This document shows, in pieces, positions 25,200-38,293 of a stretch of 64,000 nt of DNA. A program made the position numbers and the translations under genes. Numbering within the stretch: position 1 is the stretch's first letter; the number at the start of each line of letters is the position of its first letter. The notes under the pieces were generated by a model. That model did no database searches. It worked only from the letters and a program-made list of their open reading frames with translations, and had not been told where the DNA came from. Origin of the DNA: Octopus sinensis (lineage: Eukaryota); NCBI RefSeq assembly GCF_006345805.1, contig NC_043001.1, forward strand, positions 116,002,001 to 116,066,000. The letters run 5' to 3'.

Positions 25200-25560
25200 T
25201 TCTTTTATTTCTTTCAGTCATTTTGACTGTGGCCATGCTGGAGCACCACCTTGAAGAGTTTTAGTCGAATAAATCAACTCCAGAACATTTTTTTTTTTAG
25301 CCTAGTACTTATTCTATCAGCCTGTTTTGCCGAAATGCTAAGTTACGGGGACATTAACATACCAACACCAGTTGTGAAGCAGTGATAGGGAGACAAATAC
25401 CACCATTACACACACACACACACACATATACGTGGCAATCTTTCAGTTTCCATCAACCAAATCCACTGACAAGGTTTTGGTCAGCCCAAGGCTATAGTAG
25501 AAGACACTTGCCCAAGGTGTCATGCAGTGAGACTGAACCTGGAACCATGTGGTTGGAAAG
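25200..25560 (-). mobile_element. SINE family A
   Basis: Reverse complement of tail, body and head to the B-box. Confidence 0.8.
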
Positions 25561-25744
25561 CACCACATGGGTACTTCCTTCCAATACAAAGCCAGCAAAA
25601 TAATTTGACACATCTGCACTCAATTATAAATCCTTTGTCAGTTTTTCTCAATAAATTTTCCAGGTGTTTGATGAACTGAACTACCTGTGCATTGAATTGG
25701 AGCATAAGTGACTAAGTATTTCACAGACATGTGTTCCCTTAATA

Positions 25745-25965
25745 TAATTATTTTTACTCTAGGCACGAGGCCTTGAACATTTTGGGGGGAAGGGGCTAAT
25801 TAATTACATCGACCTCAGTGTGTAACTGGTACTTATTTCATTGATCCCTGAAAGGATAAAAGGCTAAGTCGACCTCAGTGCAATTTGAACTCTGAACGTA
25901 GCAGCAGACAAAATACCGCTAAGCATTTCACCCGGTGTGCTAACAACTCTGCCAGCTTGCCCACC
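25745..25965 (-). mobile_element. SINE family B
   Basis: GGCACGAGGCC...GTCGACCTCAGTGCAATTTGAACTC...TCTGCCAGCTTGCC. Confidence 0.8.
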
Positions 25966-26376
25966 TTACTGTATCCATAATATAATATTTAGGCAGAATC
26001 AGCCTGATATTGTGTATGTGACAAAGCTTGTTCTTAAAAATGTAATTACAGTCCATCAAGGAGGCTTCCATACAGTTTCTCTTAACTGAATTCTATTTAC
26101 AGGTCTTAGGTTAACCTGACACTGCCATTCAATGCAATTAAACACATGACCTGATGACTACAAAACAGGGTTTTTAACAATTTCAGATGCTACACACACA
26201 CACACACACACACACATCTAGAATTGTACTACTAAAAACCATTTACATTGAAAGATTTATGTAATTTTGCATACAATTACAAATACATATTTAACCTGCA
26301 TTTGTTCCTACTCTTCTTTCTCTCCTTTTCTGATTCTCTCTCTCTCTCTCCTTCCCTCTGTTTGTTTCTCTCTCGC

Positions 26377-26416
<40 letters not shown>

Positions 26417-27241
26417 TTTGACTTTCTACCTAACATCATTATTTGCTTGACCTTTTTATCTGAATGATATCCAACAGCTCCACCACTTGACTTCATGTCT
26501 CTTTTTTATATCACTTGAGATATTCCAAACTGGTGAGGGTGGGGCGGTATAGTGCAGAACAATAGAGGAAGTAACCACCATAACCACCTCTCCTATACCC
26601 TGACTGAAAGTTACTTATATAACTACCACTACTACCAGTTTGAAAAAAAAAAAACTATGCAGCGTGGTACTGATACCTTTAAAAATGATTGTGCTACTTC
26701 TTATCCAGTCTCCTCCTCCTTTTACTTTCTAGCCTACTTTTTCAGCAAGAAAACTGTTGTTTTCATATTTTCCTTGTCTTTTTAATATTTACAGGGTTCA
26801 AATCCTACTGAAGTTAGCTTTTTATTCTTTCAGAGTCAATAAAATTAATGTACCAGTTAAGTACTGGGGTCAATATAATAGACTATACTCTTTTACCTCA
26901 AATCTGAGATTTATGTTGTCTAAAAAACAAAATCATTATTTGTCAAGGTTTTGTTGCTGTTCAGCTCCAGATCAGCAATGGCTCTCAGCTAGTTGATCAT
27001 TTTTTAATGAAAGTTGTCTGTTTTTTTCCTACTTGGTGATCTTTCACCAAGGCCTATGAGAAATGGCTGTTGAGGGGTACATTGTGCCCAGGGCTTTCAG
27101 TCTTGCTGTGATCTTGAAAAAACGTTTGCATATATTGAAAACTAACACTCACAGAAAGGACAAGCACTTTCTTTCCTCTCCAAAATAAACTTTAAATCCT
27201 CTGATAAAATTTGTTTCAGAATCCTTGACTTATATCAAGCA

Positions 27242-27459
27242 TTAACCTTTTCATTACCAAACTGGCTCTGGCTCTGAGTACAAATGTCTTGTTTTCATAA
27301 GTTCTGAATTGAAATCTTCCACCAAACCTTAGTCACAATTTATGTTCCTAACACTCACTGAATGATAACTAAGTTATTTTACTAAATTCTTTGTTATATT
27401 TTAAGTAATTGAAAGAAATACAGAGCATCTCAACAGAAATACAGTAACGAAAGGGTTAA
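27242..27459. mobile_element. piggyBac-like MITE family P1
   Basis: TTAA flanks with CC(C/T)TTT...AAAGGG ends; reverse homolog of 53673-53900. Confidence 0.75.
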
Positions 27460-27784
27460 ACTTTTAGAAACCAACCAAGAATCCTTTCAATCTAGTTACT
27501 AATCTTGTCAGCTAGTTCTACAGCTACCAATTTTATTCCCGTTACTCTTAGAATATGTGTAAAAAAAAGCCAAAAAAACTAGCTTTAGAATACTGAACAT
27601 TTTCAACAACTTTGTTAAATACTGAATTAAAATTTTTTTAGTCTTCCAGAAATAATGACCCCTGAAATCAAATTTTTCAAACTCCTTTCTCAACTTCATC
27701 TTTAATCCAAAATATTTACCAAAAAAACCCCCAGTTTTTGAAATATAAAGGGTTTGAGTTCATTCTAATTTTGATTTCAAATTT

Positions 27785-27920
27785 TGGCACAAGACCAGCA
27801 ATTTTGTGGGAGGGGATAAGTCAATTACATTGACCCCAGTGTTTAACTGGTACTTAATTTATCACCCTGCAAGGGATGAAAGCAAAGTTGACCTCAGTGA
27901 AATTTGAACTCAGAACATAA
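27785..27920 (-). mobile_element. SINE family B fragment
   Basis: GGCACAAGACCAGCAATTT...GATGAAAGCAAAGTTGACCTCAGTGAAATTTGAACTCAGAAC. Confidence 0.7.
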
Positions 27921-28385
27921 AGTTTATTCTAATATTAAAGTAGTAAACATCAACTTCAATGAAACCATGAACTCCACTCTGGTGAAGTTATAATCCCAAC
28001 TTTACACTGCAACATACATCTATCAAAAAAAACCTCTGATCTTTAAAAATCACATAAAAAGAAATAAATACTTAGGCATCCTTCAAAGCTTTCTATATAA
28101 CTGCATCAGAGGACAATGCTCGTTGTTCTGCAGCAATTAAATAAGAATCGGGTACCTCTGTGCATCCACCTTTCCAGTAATTGCTCAATTTGTACAACTG
28201 AAACCAAGACAGTACTATTAAATTTTCCACACATGCACGTGCCCACACATACGGAACCAAGTATAACTAGCCATTTTTCTCGAAACTTGAAATCACATCA
28301 CCCTTATATCTTGAGGTTTGTTATAAAACAAGTTTTCTTCTATAGTTTTCATACTATACTATGTCTCAGGGGCCACAGTATAAAT

Positions 28386-28746
28386 ATAATAATAATAATA
28401 ATAATAATAATTGTGTACAGTGCTCAGGTGCACTACAACTCATCTAAAGTGTATATAAATCAGTGTAGTTTCGACGGATTCAAGCAACTTAAAGGATGCA
28501 GTGTCATGGCAGTCAACAAACTGACGCAGGCAGTTATTCCACTCTTCAGCAACCTGAGCATGAAAAAATGTTTCGAAAGTCATGGGAGCTGTGCTGTTTT
28601 CTGACTTGTAGGCATGTCCACGTGTGTTAGACACATGGAGATCAAAAAGGTGTTCAGTGTTGTTGGTGAGGTGGTTGATAACCTTGTGGGTGTTTACCAA
28701 GTCCGTCGCTAGACGCCAGAGCTTCAGTGATCCATGCCCAGGGAAA
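28386..28746 (-). mobile_element. CR1/L2-group LINE 3' end
   Basis: Reverse homolog of 58490-58863; NTRGHAYK motif; (TAA)n tail. Confidence 0.85.
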
Positions 28747-29118
28747 ATGTAGTTGGTTAAAATAGCTGATTGGCTGGATTATTTGAGCATCAAGTAGATT
28801 GCATTAAGATGTTTGTTCCAGCTCACTGTGCTCTGTGTTCAAACCATTCTCAGCTTAGCTGTACCCTTCATCTTTCTGAGGTCAAAAAAATACTGGTCCT
28901 GCACTGGGTCAATTCCTCTCTCTCAATCTGTTGTGGCCAAACCTTTAGAGAGATGGGCTCCACTAGATCTAAAAATTTGCAAGCCATGCTAAGGCAAGGT
29001 GTGTTGCTGTTACCAACATTCTAGATGCGAAAAAAACCAATTGAACAGCTAGAAAAACTTTACAAACAAACAAACCGTGTCAATATCCTATGAGATTTTA
29101 AAAGTCATATAAAGATCT

Positions 29119-29502
29119 GGAAGCACTCCGTCGTTTACGACGACGAGGGTTCCGGTTGATCCGAACAACGGAACAGCCTGCTCGTGAAATTAACGTGTAA
29201 GTGGCTGAGCACTCCACAGACACGTGTACCCTCAACGTAGTTCTCGGGGATATTCAGCGTGACACAGAGAGTGACAAGGCCGGCTCTTTGAAATACAGGT
29301 ACAACAGAAACAGGAAGAAAGAGTGAGAGAAAGTTGTGGTGAAAGAGTACAGCAGGGATCACCACCATCCCCTGCTGGAGCCTCGTGGAGCTTTAGGTGT
29401 TTTCGCTCAATAAACACTCACAACGCCTGATTTGGGAATCGAAACCGCGATCCTACGACCGCGAGTCCGCTTCCCTAACCTCTGGGCCATTGCGCCTCCA
29501 CG
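29119..29502 (-). mobile_element. tRNA(Arg-like)-derived SINE family D, full length
   Basis: Head GGAGGCGCAATGGCCCAGAGGTTAGGGAAGCGGACTCGCGGTCGTAGGATCGCGGTTTCGATTCCC; exact 12-bp TSD ATATAAAGATCT (29107-29118, 29503-29514). Confidence 0.9.
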
Positions 29503-30176
29503 ATATAAAGATCTACAAGTCATATAAACAGAAGGTCCTAAGTGAGATGAGATATAAAAGTATATTACTAATTTCGTGGAGTCCATCATTCTATTAATGA
29601 CATAATCCCTCATCATTGTAAAGCTGTTCATAACCATCTCCATATTGGATGTTGCTGGATAAATTCTCTTTGCTATCAAACAGTGAACTGCCATCAGATA
29701 TTCTTTTACAGGCTTCAGTCATTGAACTCTGCTATGTTGAGGCGCTGCCTTCATAGTTTTTGCTTCAAAACCACATGGTTTTGAGTTCTATCTCACTGTG
29801 TGGCACCTTCAACAAATGTCTTAGACTGACAAATGCCTTGTGAATGAAATTGGTAGATTAAAACTATGGAAGCCCACTGTGTATGTATGAATGTTGATAT
29901 TCTGCATCTCCTCACATGACACAACTTGAACAGAATGATGATGTCATACTTTTCTTTCTCTTTAAATAATGTCTTGTTGCTCTGTGTGCTTGTGAAGACC
30001 AGTGAAATAAAGAAAAATCCCTTACTTTAACAACCAGGTAAAGTTTGGTGGCAAGAATAAAATTCAGGTGTAAAACACTGTCCAAATGTCTTCATGTAAC
30101 CTATTGAAAAGCATAGATAAAAATGAATGAGTGAGTAAAAATATTAACAGGAGTTAAGAAACTGGCCCCTCAGACT

Positions 30177-30403
30177 TTAACCCTTTAACGTTCAAATGAC
30201 TCAGTCAAGTGCAATGTTTATTTAATCACATGGTTTTGAATTGATTATGCATTGTCTCATAGCTTAAAGATTTTGATAATGTGATTGTTTATTCTCAGAG
30301 GGATATTGTTGGGTATGTGTAGAGGCTGGACCTGGTCAGTTTGAACCTAAAGCAGGTAGAATATTTGGAGCAGATATGGCCAGTTTAAATGATAATGGGT
30401 TAA
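30177..30403. mobile_element. piggyBac-like MITE family P2
   Basis: TTAA-CCCTTT...GGG-TTAA; homologs at 37423-37650 and 52399-52625. Confidence 0.75.
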
Positions 30404-30980
30404 CCCTTTTGTTACCATATTTCTGTTGAGATGCTCTGTGTTTCTTTCAATTAATCTTTATATATAAAAGAGAAGTTGTGTGTCTGTCTCCTACGATTTA
30501 GATTCCTAACTACTCCCACATTTTGCGGTGCAGTTTCACCAAAACCGGGTATCTTATAGTCGTGATTCATATCGAGCCCTTCTGAGTATTAGCGCGTGTC
30601 TACAATGAGTCAACGATTTAAAAAAAAATTTACCATCATTTTTTTCCATTTTAATGCATTTTTTCGCTATTATATAAGGGAAGTAACTCTCTAAAAATGT
30701 CTACGATGATTCAACGATTTTAAAAAAAATTTACCATATTTTTTTGCTATTTTTTGGCTATAACTCTCTAAAAATGCTTATATAGTTATTTCCCTTACAA
30801 ACCCAAGCAACACCGGGCGATACTGCTAGTTATAAATATAACAAAGAATTTTGTAAAATAACTTAGTTGTCATTAAGCTAATGTTAGGAACATAAATTGT
30901 GACTAAGGTTTAATTCAGAACTTACGAAAACAAGACATTTGTACTACAGAGCCAGAGCCGGTTGGTATCAAAAGGGTTAA
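30400..30980. mobile_element. piggyBac-like MITE family P1, interrupted by a Helitron
   Basis: Shares TTAA 30400-30403 with P2; 30404-30454 plus 30830-30976 rejoin to match the uninterrupted copy at 53673-53900. Confidence 0.8.
30455..30829 (+). mobile_element. Non-autonomous Helitron, full length
   Basis: 5'-TC...CTAG-3', subterminal hairpin-like CCCAAGCAACACCGGG, inserted between A and T with no TSD; internal duplication of TCTAC(A/G)ATGA(G/T)TCAACGATTT. Confidence 0.85.
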
Positions 30981-31984
30981 ACAGAACATACTTCAACTAT
31001 GCCATATTGGTGGGAAAATTCCAAGTATGACAAGAAACACTAATTAACTGAGTGGAGTGGTGGTGGGAGTCATTCAATAAGAGTAGCTTCTTAAACAGTG
31101 ACACATTTATAGAGAATTTCTTTGTAGGAATAATAAAAAGTAATAAGAAAATAATTATGCTGTTGGTGGCAGTGGCTGTTGTTGTTGTTGTTGTTGTTCA
31201 AATATTAAGTCTTTTATCATAATTAAACTCCATTAGTTCTCTAGATTCCCAGGCTAACTTATTTGAATTCCTAAACTTCATAATGAATAATAAAAGCAAG
31301 TATATGAATGTAGGTGGGGTATGAAAATTCAAATGAACAGGTTTTTATTGTTCACTCTTGCTTTCATGATTTTTCTTTTTCTTTTTTTTCTGTCTTTTTC
31401 TCAATTCCTTTCTGTCTTATTCTGAATCTTGTTTTCTAAGGTTATCTAGTGTCATTGAATCTCTTGTCCTGTGTACACATTAATATTTAGGGGGTGATAT
31501 GTTCAGGTTTCTTGTTCCACCATTTAAGCTATTTATAACTGGGTGAAGTGAACCAGTGAGAACTGTCTTGCTTTGCTTTTGAGTATCAGCACAGTACCAG
31601 TGATAAAATGTATAGCATGGGTACTTTAATAATAAATCTGAATCTATCACATGGCAAATTTGCTTACAAGTTTATCTTAAATTAGTATATATATATCCTC
31701 TCTCTCTCTATGTATGTATAACATTGAAAAAAATTTGGAGTCAGCAAGGAGTACAGTTGGACATTTATTTTCAATCACTACAATTGTTTCTATGCAACGT
31801 AGCTCTCCAGGCTTGTAGGTACTTGATTATGCAACTGTTTTCTTGCATTATGAGATGTAGTTGTTTCCACAGGCGATATGTAAATATTGTCTCCATAAGT
31901 TCCAATTCTCTGCTTTAAGAACATGCTCTCTGTCTGTCATTAATAGCCACTGAATTTGTTGTTGCTGAAGAACCATTGGCATGA

Positions 31985-31985
31985 C

Positions 31986-32028
<43 letters not shown>

Positions 32029-32130
32029 TGTGTGTATGTATGTATGTATGTATGGATATGTATGTATGTATATGTATGTATGTATGTATGTATATGTATG
32101 TATGTATGTATATGTATGTATGTATGTATG

Positions 32131-32162
<32 letters not shown>

Positions 32163-32225
32163 TGTATGTATGTATGTTCCATCCAACCCATGCTAGCATG
32201 GAAAATGGATGTTAAACGATGATGA

Positions 32226-32275
<50 letters not shown>
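31985..32275. repeat. Compound (TG)n/(TATG)n/(TA)n microsatellite with a short RTE-type tail at 32176-32228
   Basis: Direct reading. Confidence 0.9.
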
Positions 32276-32280
<5 letters not shown>

Positions 32281-32453
32281 GTTATGTATTTGTTTGTAAG
32301 ATTTTTTATGTGAAGTCGTGTGTTGAAACAGATATTGTTGTATTTAGGAATGGTCATTTTGCCAGTTTAGCCAATAAAAACGCATGCACTATATATTTGG
32401 TGTTACTTTGCTTCAGTGTTATTTATTTTTTACTTTAATCTTAATCTTATTTC

Positions 32454-32498
32454 GGCCAGAGTTATTTCGTCACACTTCTGTGACCTCATCAGTGGTCC
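32454..32498 (-). ncRNA. Hammerhead-ribozyme-like motif (second type, probable Penelope-like remnant)
   Basis: Minus strand GGACCA-CTGATGA-G-GTCAC-AGAAGT-GTGAC-GAAA-TAACTC-TGGCC: core, 5-bp stem II and partial stem I; stem III imperfect. Confidence 0.45.
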
Positions 32499-32974
32499 TT
32501 TGCTTTCTTCTTTCTTATTTGTGTGTCCCTCCTTACTAACGGTCAGCCATTTTGTATTCCTATTGTATGTGACTTCATTTGCGCATGCGTATACCTCTAT
32601 GTGTGTCTATGTTTAGTTAGTGTGTGTGTGGGGGGAGGAAGTGCCTGTAATATTTGTATCGCCTGTTTATATACGTTCGTGTAATTTGTTTTTGTTTATT
32701 TTTATTTTGTTCATGTGTTTACACCTACTTATCATTATTATTATTATTATTATTTTTAATGTATATAGTTATTTACTTCCATTTGTTTATTTATCTGTGT
32801 ATTTTATTGTTTTTAGTTTTGTTTATATTGTTACCAGTTTATGGGGATCTTCTTCTGTCATATGCTGTGGTGTGTGCTAGTGTTCCATTCCAGTTTCCTA
32901 TTCAGGCTAGGTTTATCTTCTATTATGTGTGTAGCTTCCGTAATTTGTCTGATTGTTGTGTCTGTGCTGTGTGT

Positions 32975-34863
32975 GAAGAGATGGAGAGACTTAGAGACAC
33001 CATTATGAAAGGCTGCTAAATGAAGAGAATGAATGAGAGAAAGAAAGTCTGCCAAATGTTGACCCAACAGAGAGACCAGCTATCCAAATTGACAGTACTT
33101 TTGTAGATTAAAGCAATTAAGGGTATGAAGACAGGGAAAGTCCCTGGTCCATCAAGAATCACTGCTGAGCTGCTTAAAATATCTGGCAGTGTCAGCTATA
33201 GCACAGTCAGCCGTATAGTTAACCAGGTAATACATGAAGGAGTCATAAACAATAACTGGTGTAGCAGCACCATAGTAAACTGCTACAAAGGTAAAGGTGA
33301 TGCCTTAGATAGAAATAATTACAAAGGTATCAAATTATTGGATCAGGTGATGAAAGTCTCAGAGAGGGTCATAGCCCAACTAATTAGGGAGAGAGTTAGT
33401 TTAGATGTGATGTTGTTTGGGTGGGTTTGTGCCTGGAAAAAGCACCACTGATGCTATATTTCTGATAAAACTGCAGGAGAAATTTCTAACTAAAGATAAA
33501 CCTCTGTACTTGGTTTTTGTTGACACGAAGAAAGCTTTTGACGGGGTCCTTTGAGCCCTTATCTGGTGGTCAATGCAGAAACTAATGATAAATGAGTGAT
33601 TAGTGAGAGCTGTACAAGCCATGTACAGGGATGTTGACTGTAAAGTAAGGGTTGGCAACGAGTATAATAAAGAATTCAGGATACAAGTAGGGGTTCAGCT
33701 AAGATCAGTCCTTAGCCTCCATTTAGTCCTCCAGAAAATAACAGAGGAATTCAAGACAGGCTGCCCCTGGGAGACTCACTATGCAGATGACCTTACTCTA
33801 ATAGCTGAGTCATTACCAGAACTAGAGAAGTTTCAGGTGTGGAAGCAAGGTCTAGAATTGAAGGGCCTTAGAATTAACCTAGCAAAAACCAAAGTCTTAG
33901 TAAGTAGAAAGGCAGACAAATCACAAATCCCTTCAGGTAGATAGCCCTGCTCAATCTATAGAAAAGGCATTGGTAGAAACTCCATAAGATGTACCTGGTG
34001 TAAGCTATGGACACATATGAGGTGCAACAATATCAAAAGAAGGTTAACTGGGAAGATAGTTTTTTGTATGTGACAGATGCACAAGTGCAATAAACACTGA
34101 CGATGTACAGAAAATAGATTCCATCACATGCCAGGAGAAAAAACTAGTAGTTGATAACTTCTCTTATCTGGGGTGGATGCTCTGAGAGCATAGCTGCTAG
34201 AATAATAGCCTGGGCAAAGGTCAGAGAGCTCCTAATTCTGCTGGTTACTGTAGACTGTATGATGCCTGTGTGTGAACACAGCAGTGAAACATGGGCTGTG
34301 ACTGCTGAGGACATGCATAGGCTTGAAAGAAATGAAATCAGTATGCTCCACTGAATGTCTAAAGTCAGTGTGTGTACACAACAGAGTGTAAGCGCCCTGA
34401 GAGGAAAGTAGGACATAAGAAACGTCAGTTTTATTTTGCAAGAGAGACAACTGTGCTGGTATGGTCATGTGATGCACATGGATGAGGACAGTTGTGTGAA
34501 GAAGTGGAGGGAACCTGTGGCCCGTTTAAAAGCACCCTTCAATTGTTGGGCAATATGCCGTCCTTGTGAAGACCTGTTGAACCGAGTGACATTGTGGTTA
34601 TGGTGATGCCAGTACCACCTAACTGACACCTGTACTGGTGGCACATAAAAAGCACCATTCAAACTTGGCCGATGCCAGTGCTGCCTTACTGGCTCCTGTG
34701 CTGGTGGTACATCTACACTCTTGGAGTGGTTGGCATTAAGAAGGGCATCCAGCTGTAGAAACCTTGCCAAATCAGATTGGGGCCTGGTGCAGCCTCCTGG
34801 CTTACCAGTTCTCTGTCAACCCTCCAACCCATGTCAGATGTTAAACAGCGATGGTGATGATGC
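32975..34863 (+). mobile_element. RTE-clade LINE, 5'-truncated and pseudogenised (RT + 3'UTR)
   Basis: MKTGKVPGPS.ITAELLK, YKGKGDALDRNNYKGIKLL, HYADDL, LRINLAKTKVL, ETWA..AEDMHRLERNE, L.WYGHV; ends GTTAAACAGCGATGGTGATGATG. Confidence 0.92.
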
Positions 34864-34879
34864 ATGTATTGCAAGAAAC

Positions 34880-35042
34880 ATGTTACATAGTAACATTCAA
34901 CATAGTTCAACTTACACAAGTTAATATGTGAAATAAGTTTCTATAAAACTGGTTTTTAAACATTGAATGACTATGGAAGTCCACCAGGATAAAATAATAA
35001 TCAAAGGGGTCTAAAGACAAAAAATGGCTGAGAACTCCTAAC
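34880..35042. mobile_element. hAT-type MITE right-end fragment
   Basis: Homologous to about 40790-40929 (AAGTTTCTATAAAACT(G/A)GTTTTTAAAC...AAAAAATGG(C/T)TGAGAAC). Confidence 0.55.
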
Positions 35043-35339
35043 TAGACAAATACTGACCAAGAATAAATGTATTACATGGAGTAGAAGTACAGCTCAATAA
35101 TTTTAATGCTTTTGACCTCATGACCTTGTCTTGTAAAGCTCAGTAAACAATCGTAACTTTTGAGATAAAATTATGGTCCTGGATTATTTATCATGCAGTC
35201 TAGAGTTCATATTCTGCTAGAGCCATTGTTTTTTTAAAGATAAAGCTAATTTCTCTACTAAATACATTTCTTGCTTTCCTAGGGGTTTTTTTTTTCTCCT
35301 GCTTTGATTGTTGTTGGACTTGCAAATTTGTTCCAATTC

Positions 35340-36219
35340 TTTACATTCTGAGTTCAAATCTGCTGAGGTCAGCTTTGCATTCCATTCTTTCAGGATCAGA
35401 AATATAAAGTACCGGTCACTGTTGGGACCAATATAATTAACTATCCCCTTCTTGACCTTGTGCCTAAATTACTAGAAACCATTATTATTATCATCATTAT
35501 TATTATCATCATTATTATTATTATTATTATTTTTATGGTGGTGATCTGGCAGAATTATTAGCGTGCTGGGCAAAATGCTTAGTATTTTGCCTGTTGCTAC
35601 GTTTTGAGTTGAAATTCTGCCGAGGTCGACATTGCTTTTCATCCTTTCAGGGTCAATAAAATAAGTACCAGTTGAATACTGGCGTTGATGTAATTGGCTG
35701 GTCCCCTTTCCCGAATTGCTGCCCTTGTGGCAAAATTTGAAGCCATTATTATTATATCAATATTATGAAGAAGTTGGTGAGCTGGCAGAATCGTTGGTAT
35801 GCTGGACGAAATGCTTAGCAGTATTTTCGCCGACCACTATGTTTTGAGTTCAAATTTCACCGAGGTTGACTTTAGCTTTTATCCTTTTGGGGGTCAATAA
35901 ATTAAGTACCAGTTGTGTACTTGTGGTCGATGTGGTCAACTCACCCCTTCCCCCAAATTTCAGGCCTTGTGCCTTTAGTAGAAAGGATTATTATTATTAT
36001 TAAGGCAACAAGCTGGCAGAATCATTAGCACACTGGTGAAGGTGCTTAGTGGTATTTTATCCACCTTTGTTCTGAGTTCAAATTCCACTGAAATCAACTT
36101 TGCCTTTCATCCTTTTAGGATCAATAAATTAAGTACCAGTTGTGTACTGGGGTCGATGTAATCCCTTCTCCTGAAATTTCAGGCCTTGTGCCATGTGTAG
36201 AAAGGATTATTATTATTAT
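35340..36219 (+). mobile_element. Head-to-tail array of 4 SINE family B copies with (ATT)n tails
   Basis: Units at about 35340 (partial), 35537, 35772 and 36003; the three fuller units have TGGCAGAAT, and all four have GAGTT(C/G)AAAT and the CATCC-type central domain. Confidence 0.85.
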
Positions 36220-37422
36220 GGAGTCAGCACAGTGAAGAAATAGAGCATAGGGGTCACTGTTGGTCAACATTGACTGACCCTCAGGTAGTCTATCCAATAT
36301 TCAAAGAACTCTGTCAGTTCACTACCTTAAACCTTGTGTCTTCATAAAGAAAAATTTAGTTAATGTAGTCCTACATATTCCTCAAAAGATGAGATGGTCA
36401 TGAACTTTATTATAGATATACTAGATCAGAACTTACTTGAAGCTAACAAACATACAGCAACACAGACCACTAACAGCAATTTTACGGTGGTTCCCAACTA
36501 GTTCAGTGTAGAGGAGAAATCTCTGACGAGAAACATTGGAAACTCTTGTGAGTGAAATTATTCTAAACTTTAGGACATGTGGAAGCATGTGGCTTACAGG
36601 TTAGGGTGTTTCACTCCTGATCATCTGATTGTGGTTTCAATTCCTTGATTTGGTTGATAAATTGTTTTTTTGAGTAAAACACTTTATTTCGTGTTGCTCC
36701 AGTCCACTCAGCTGGCAAAAGTGAGCAATTCTAGAAACCAACCTTATGAGCCTATGGCTTGAGAAGGACCTTTATTTTTTGTGTCATTTTTTTTTTTAAG
36801 GCTCTGCAGTTAAGATGAGTGTAGGCATACCAGTGTGGTTAAGAAATTCACTTTGCAACTATGCAATTTAAGTTTCAATCCCACTGGTTTCATAGCTGAA
36901 TTATTCTGTAGTTAAGGCATCTGAATCAAATGCATACTGCAAAGTGAGGGAAAAAAAAGAAACTATTGTGATTTTGGTTGCAAGAGGTACTTAACAGCTG
37001 TCAAAATGCAAAGATCTACAATAGATATTGCAAGGCATCTTTCCTTCTACCAATCCACTCTCCAGATTGTTATAGTTTTATTCATGTCACAAAGATAAAG
37101 GGCGGGATTTGAACTCAAGAGTGAAGAGAGTGGGAACAAATACCACAATGCATTCTATCTGTGATTCAAACATACCTGGGAACAATATTGGTACCACATG
37201 AAATGCTATGAATTGTAGGCTTCTCCACTACATAGCAATTATCATTGTTTTTACATTTGCCTTTTAATACTAGTGGGAGTTTGGCAAGAGAACTTTTTAA
37301 GGCAGTGTTTTAACAGTAATAAGCCCTTTCTTATGCCAATTCTTTTACAACATAGGAATGTTGTATACCTATTCTAAAAGTGGGGATATACACAATATAC
37401 CAATGTAGAAGTAAAATGTATG

Positions 37423-37650
37423 TTAACCCTTTCGTATTCAGATTATTTTGTCAAATGTAATGTTTTTTCATTGACATTGTTTATAATTAATCATGCTTTA
37501 TTTTGTAGCTATAAAGTTTTCATGATGAGGTTGTATATTTCTAGAATGGCATTGAAGGGTAGGTGTGATAGGTTGGATCTGACTAGTTAGTACATAAAGT
37601 AGGTAGAATATTTGGGCCGGATATGGCCTGTTTAAATACTAAAGGGTTAA
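37423..37650. mobile_element. piggyBac-like MITE family P2
   Basis: TTAACCCTTT...AAAGGGTTAA. Confidence 0.78.
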
Positions 37651-38074
37651 ACCAATGATAATGATATTAAGTTAGATTTCATCAACAGTAAAATCTTTAT
37701 ATTTACTTTTGTGTTTAAGTGGGAATTGATTAATATTTATATTGTAAACCTGTTTTAGCAAATTATCTACACCTACTGAGGTTTAGAAACAGGTTTTTAT
37801 CATCACGGTGTTACCAAATGCCTGTTTTGCTGTGTTCATGGTGGCTCAATGATACTTTATTATAAAATCGTCTCCTTTGTCTTTAGTTGAGTTTTTTAAA
37901 ACATTGTTCAACAATGTTTACCTCAGTCTCAATACAGGGATAACCTTGATTAATCCTTTCAGTGTAATATGTTATCTTTGTTCGCATGATCCTCTGTGCA
38001 GAAGTTTTAATGTTGGTTAACAAATCCATGACTTGTCATCTTTTAACACTTGTGTGACACAAAAGGAATTGTTT

Positions 38075-38293
38075 AATGGCACGCCAGCCTCGTCTGGCAC
38101 CTGTGTCGGTGGCACATAAAAATCACCCACTACACTCACGGAGTGGTTGGCGTTAGGAAGGGCATCCAGCTGTAGAAACACTGCTAGATCTGACTGGCCT
38201 GGTGCAGCCTTCGGGCTTCCCAGACCCCAGTTGAACCGTCCAACCCATGCTAGCATGGAAAATAGACGTTAAACGATGATGATGATGATGATG
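38075..38293 (+). mobile_element. RTE-type 3' tail copy
   Basis: GGAGTGGTTGGCGTTAGGAAGGGCATCCAGCTGTAGAAAC...GTTAAACGATGATGATG. Confidence 0.85.
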
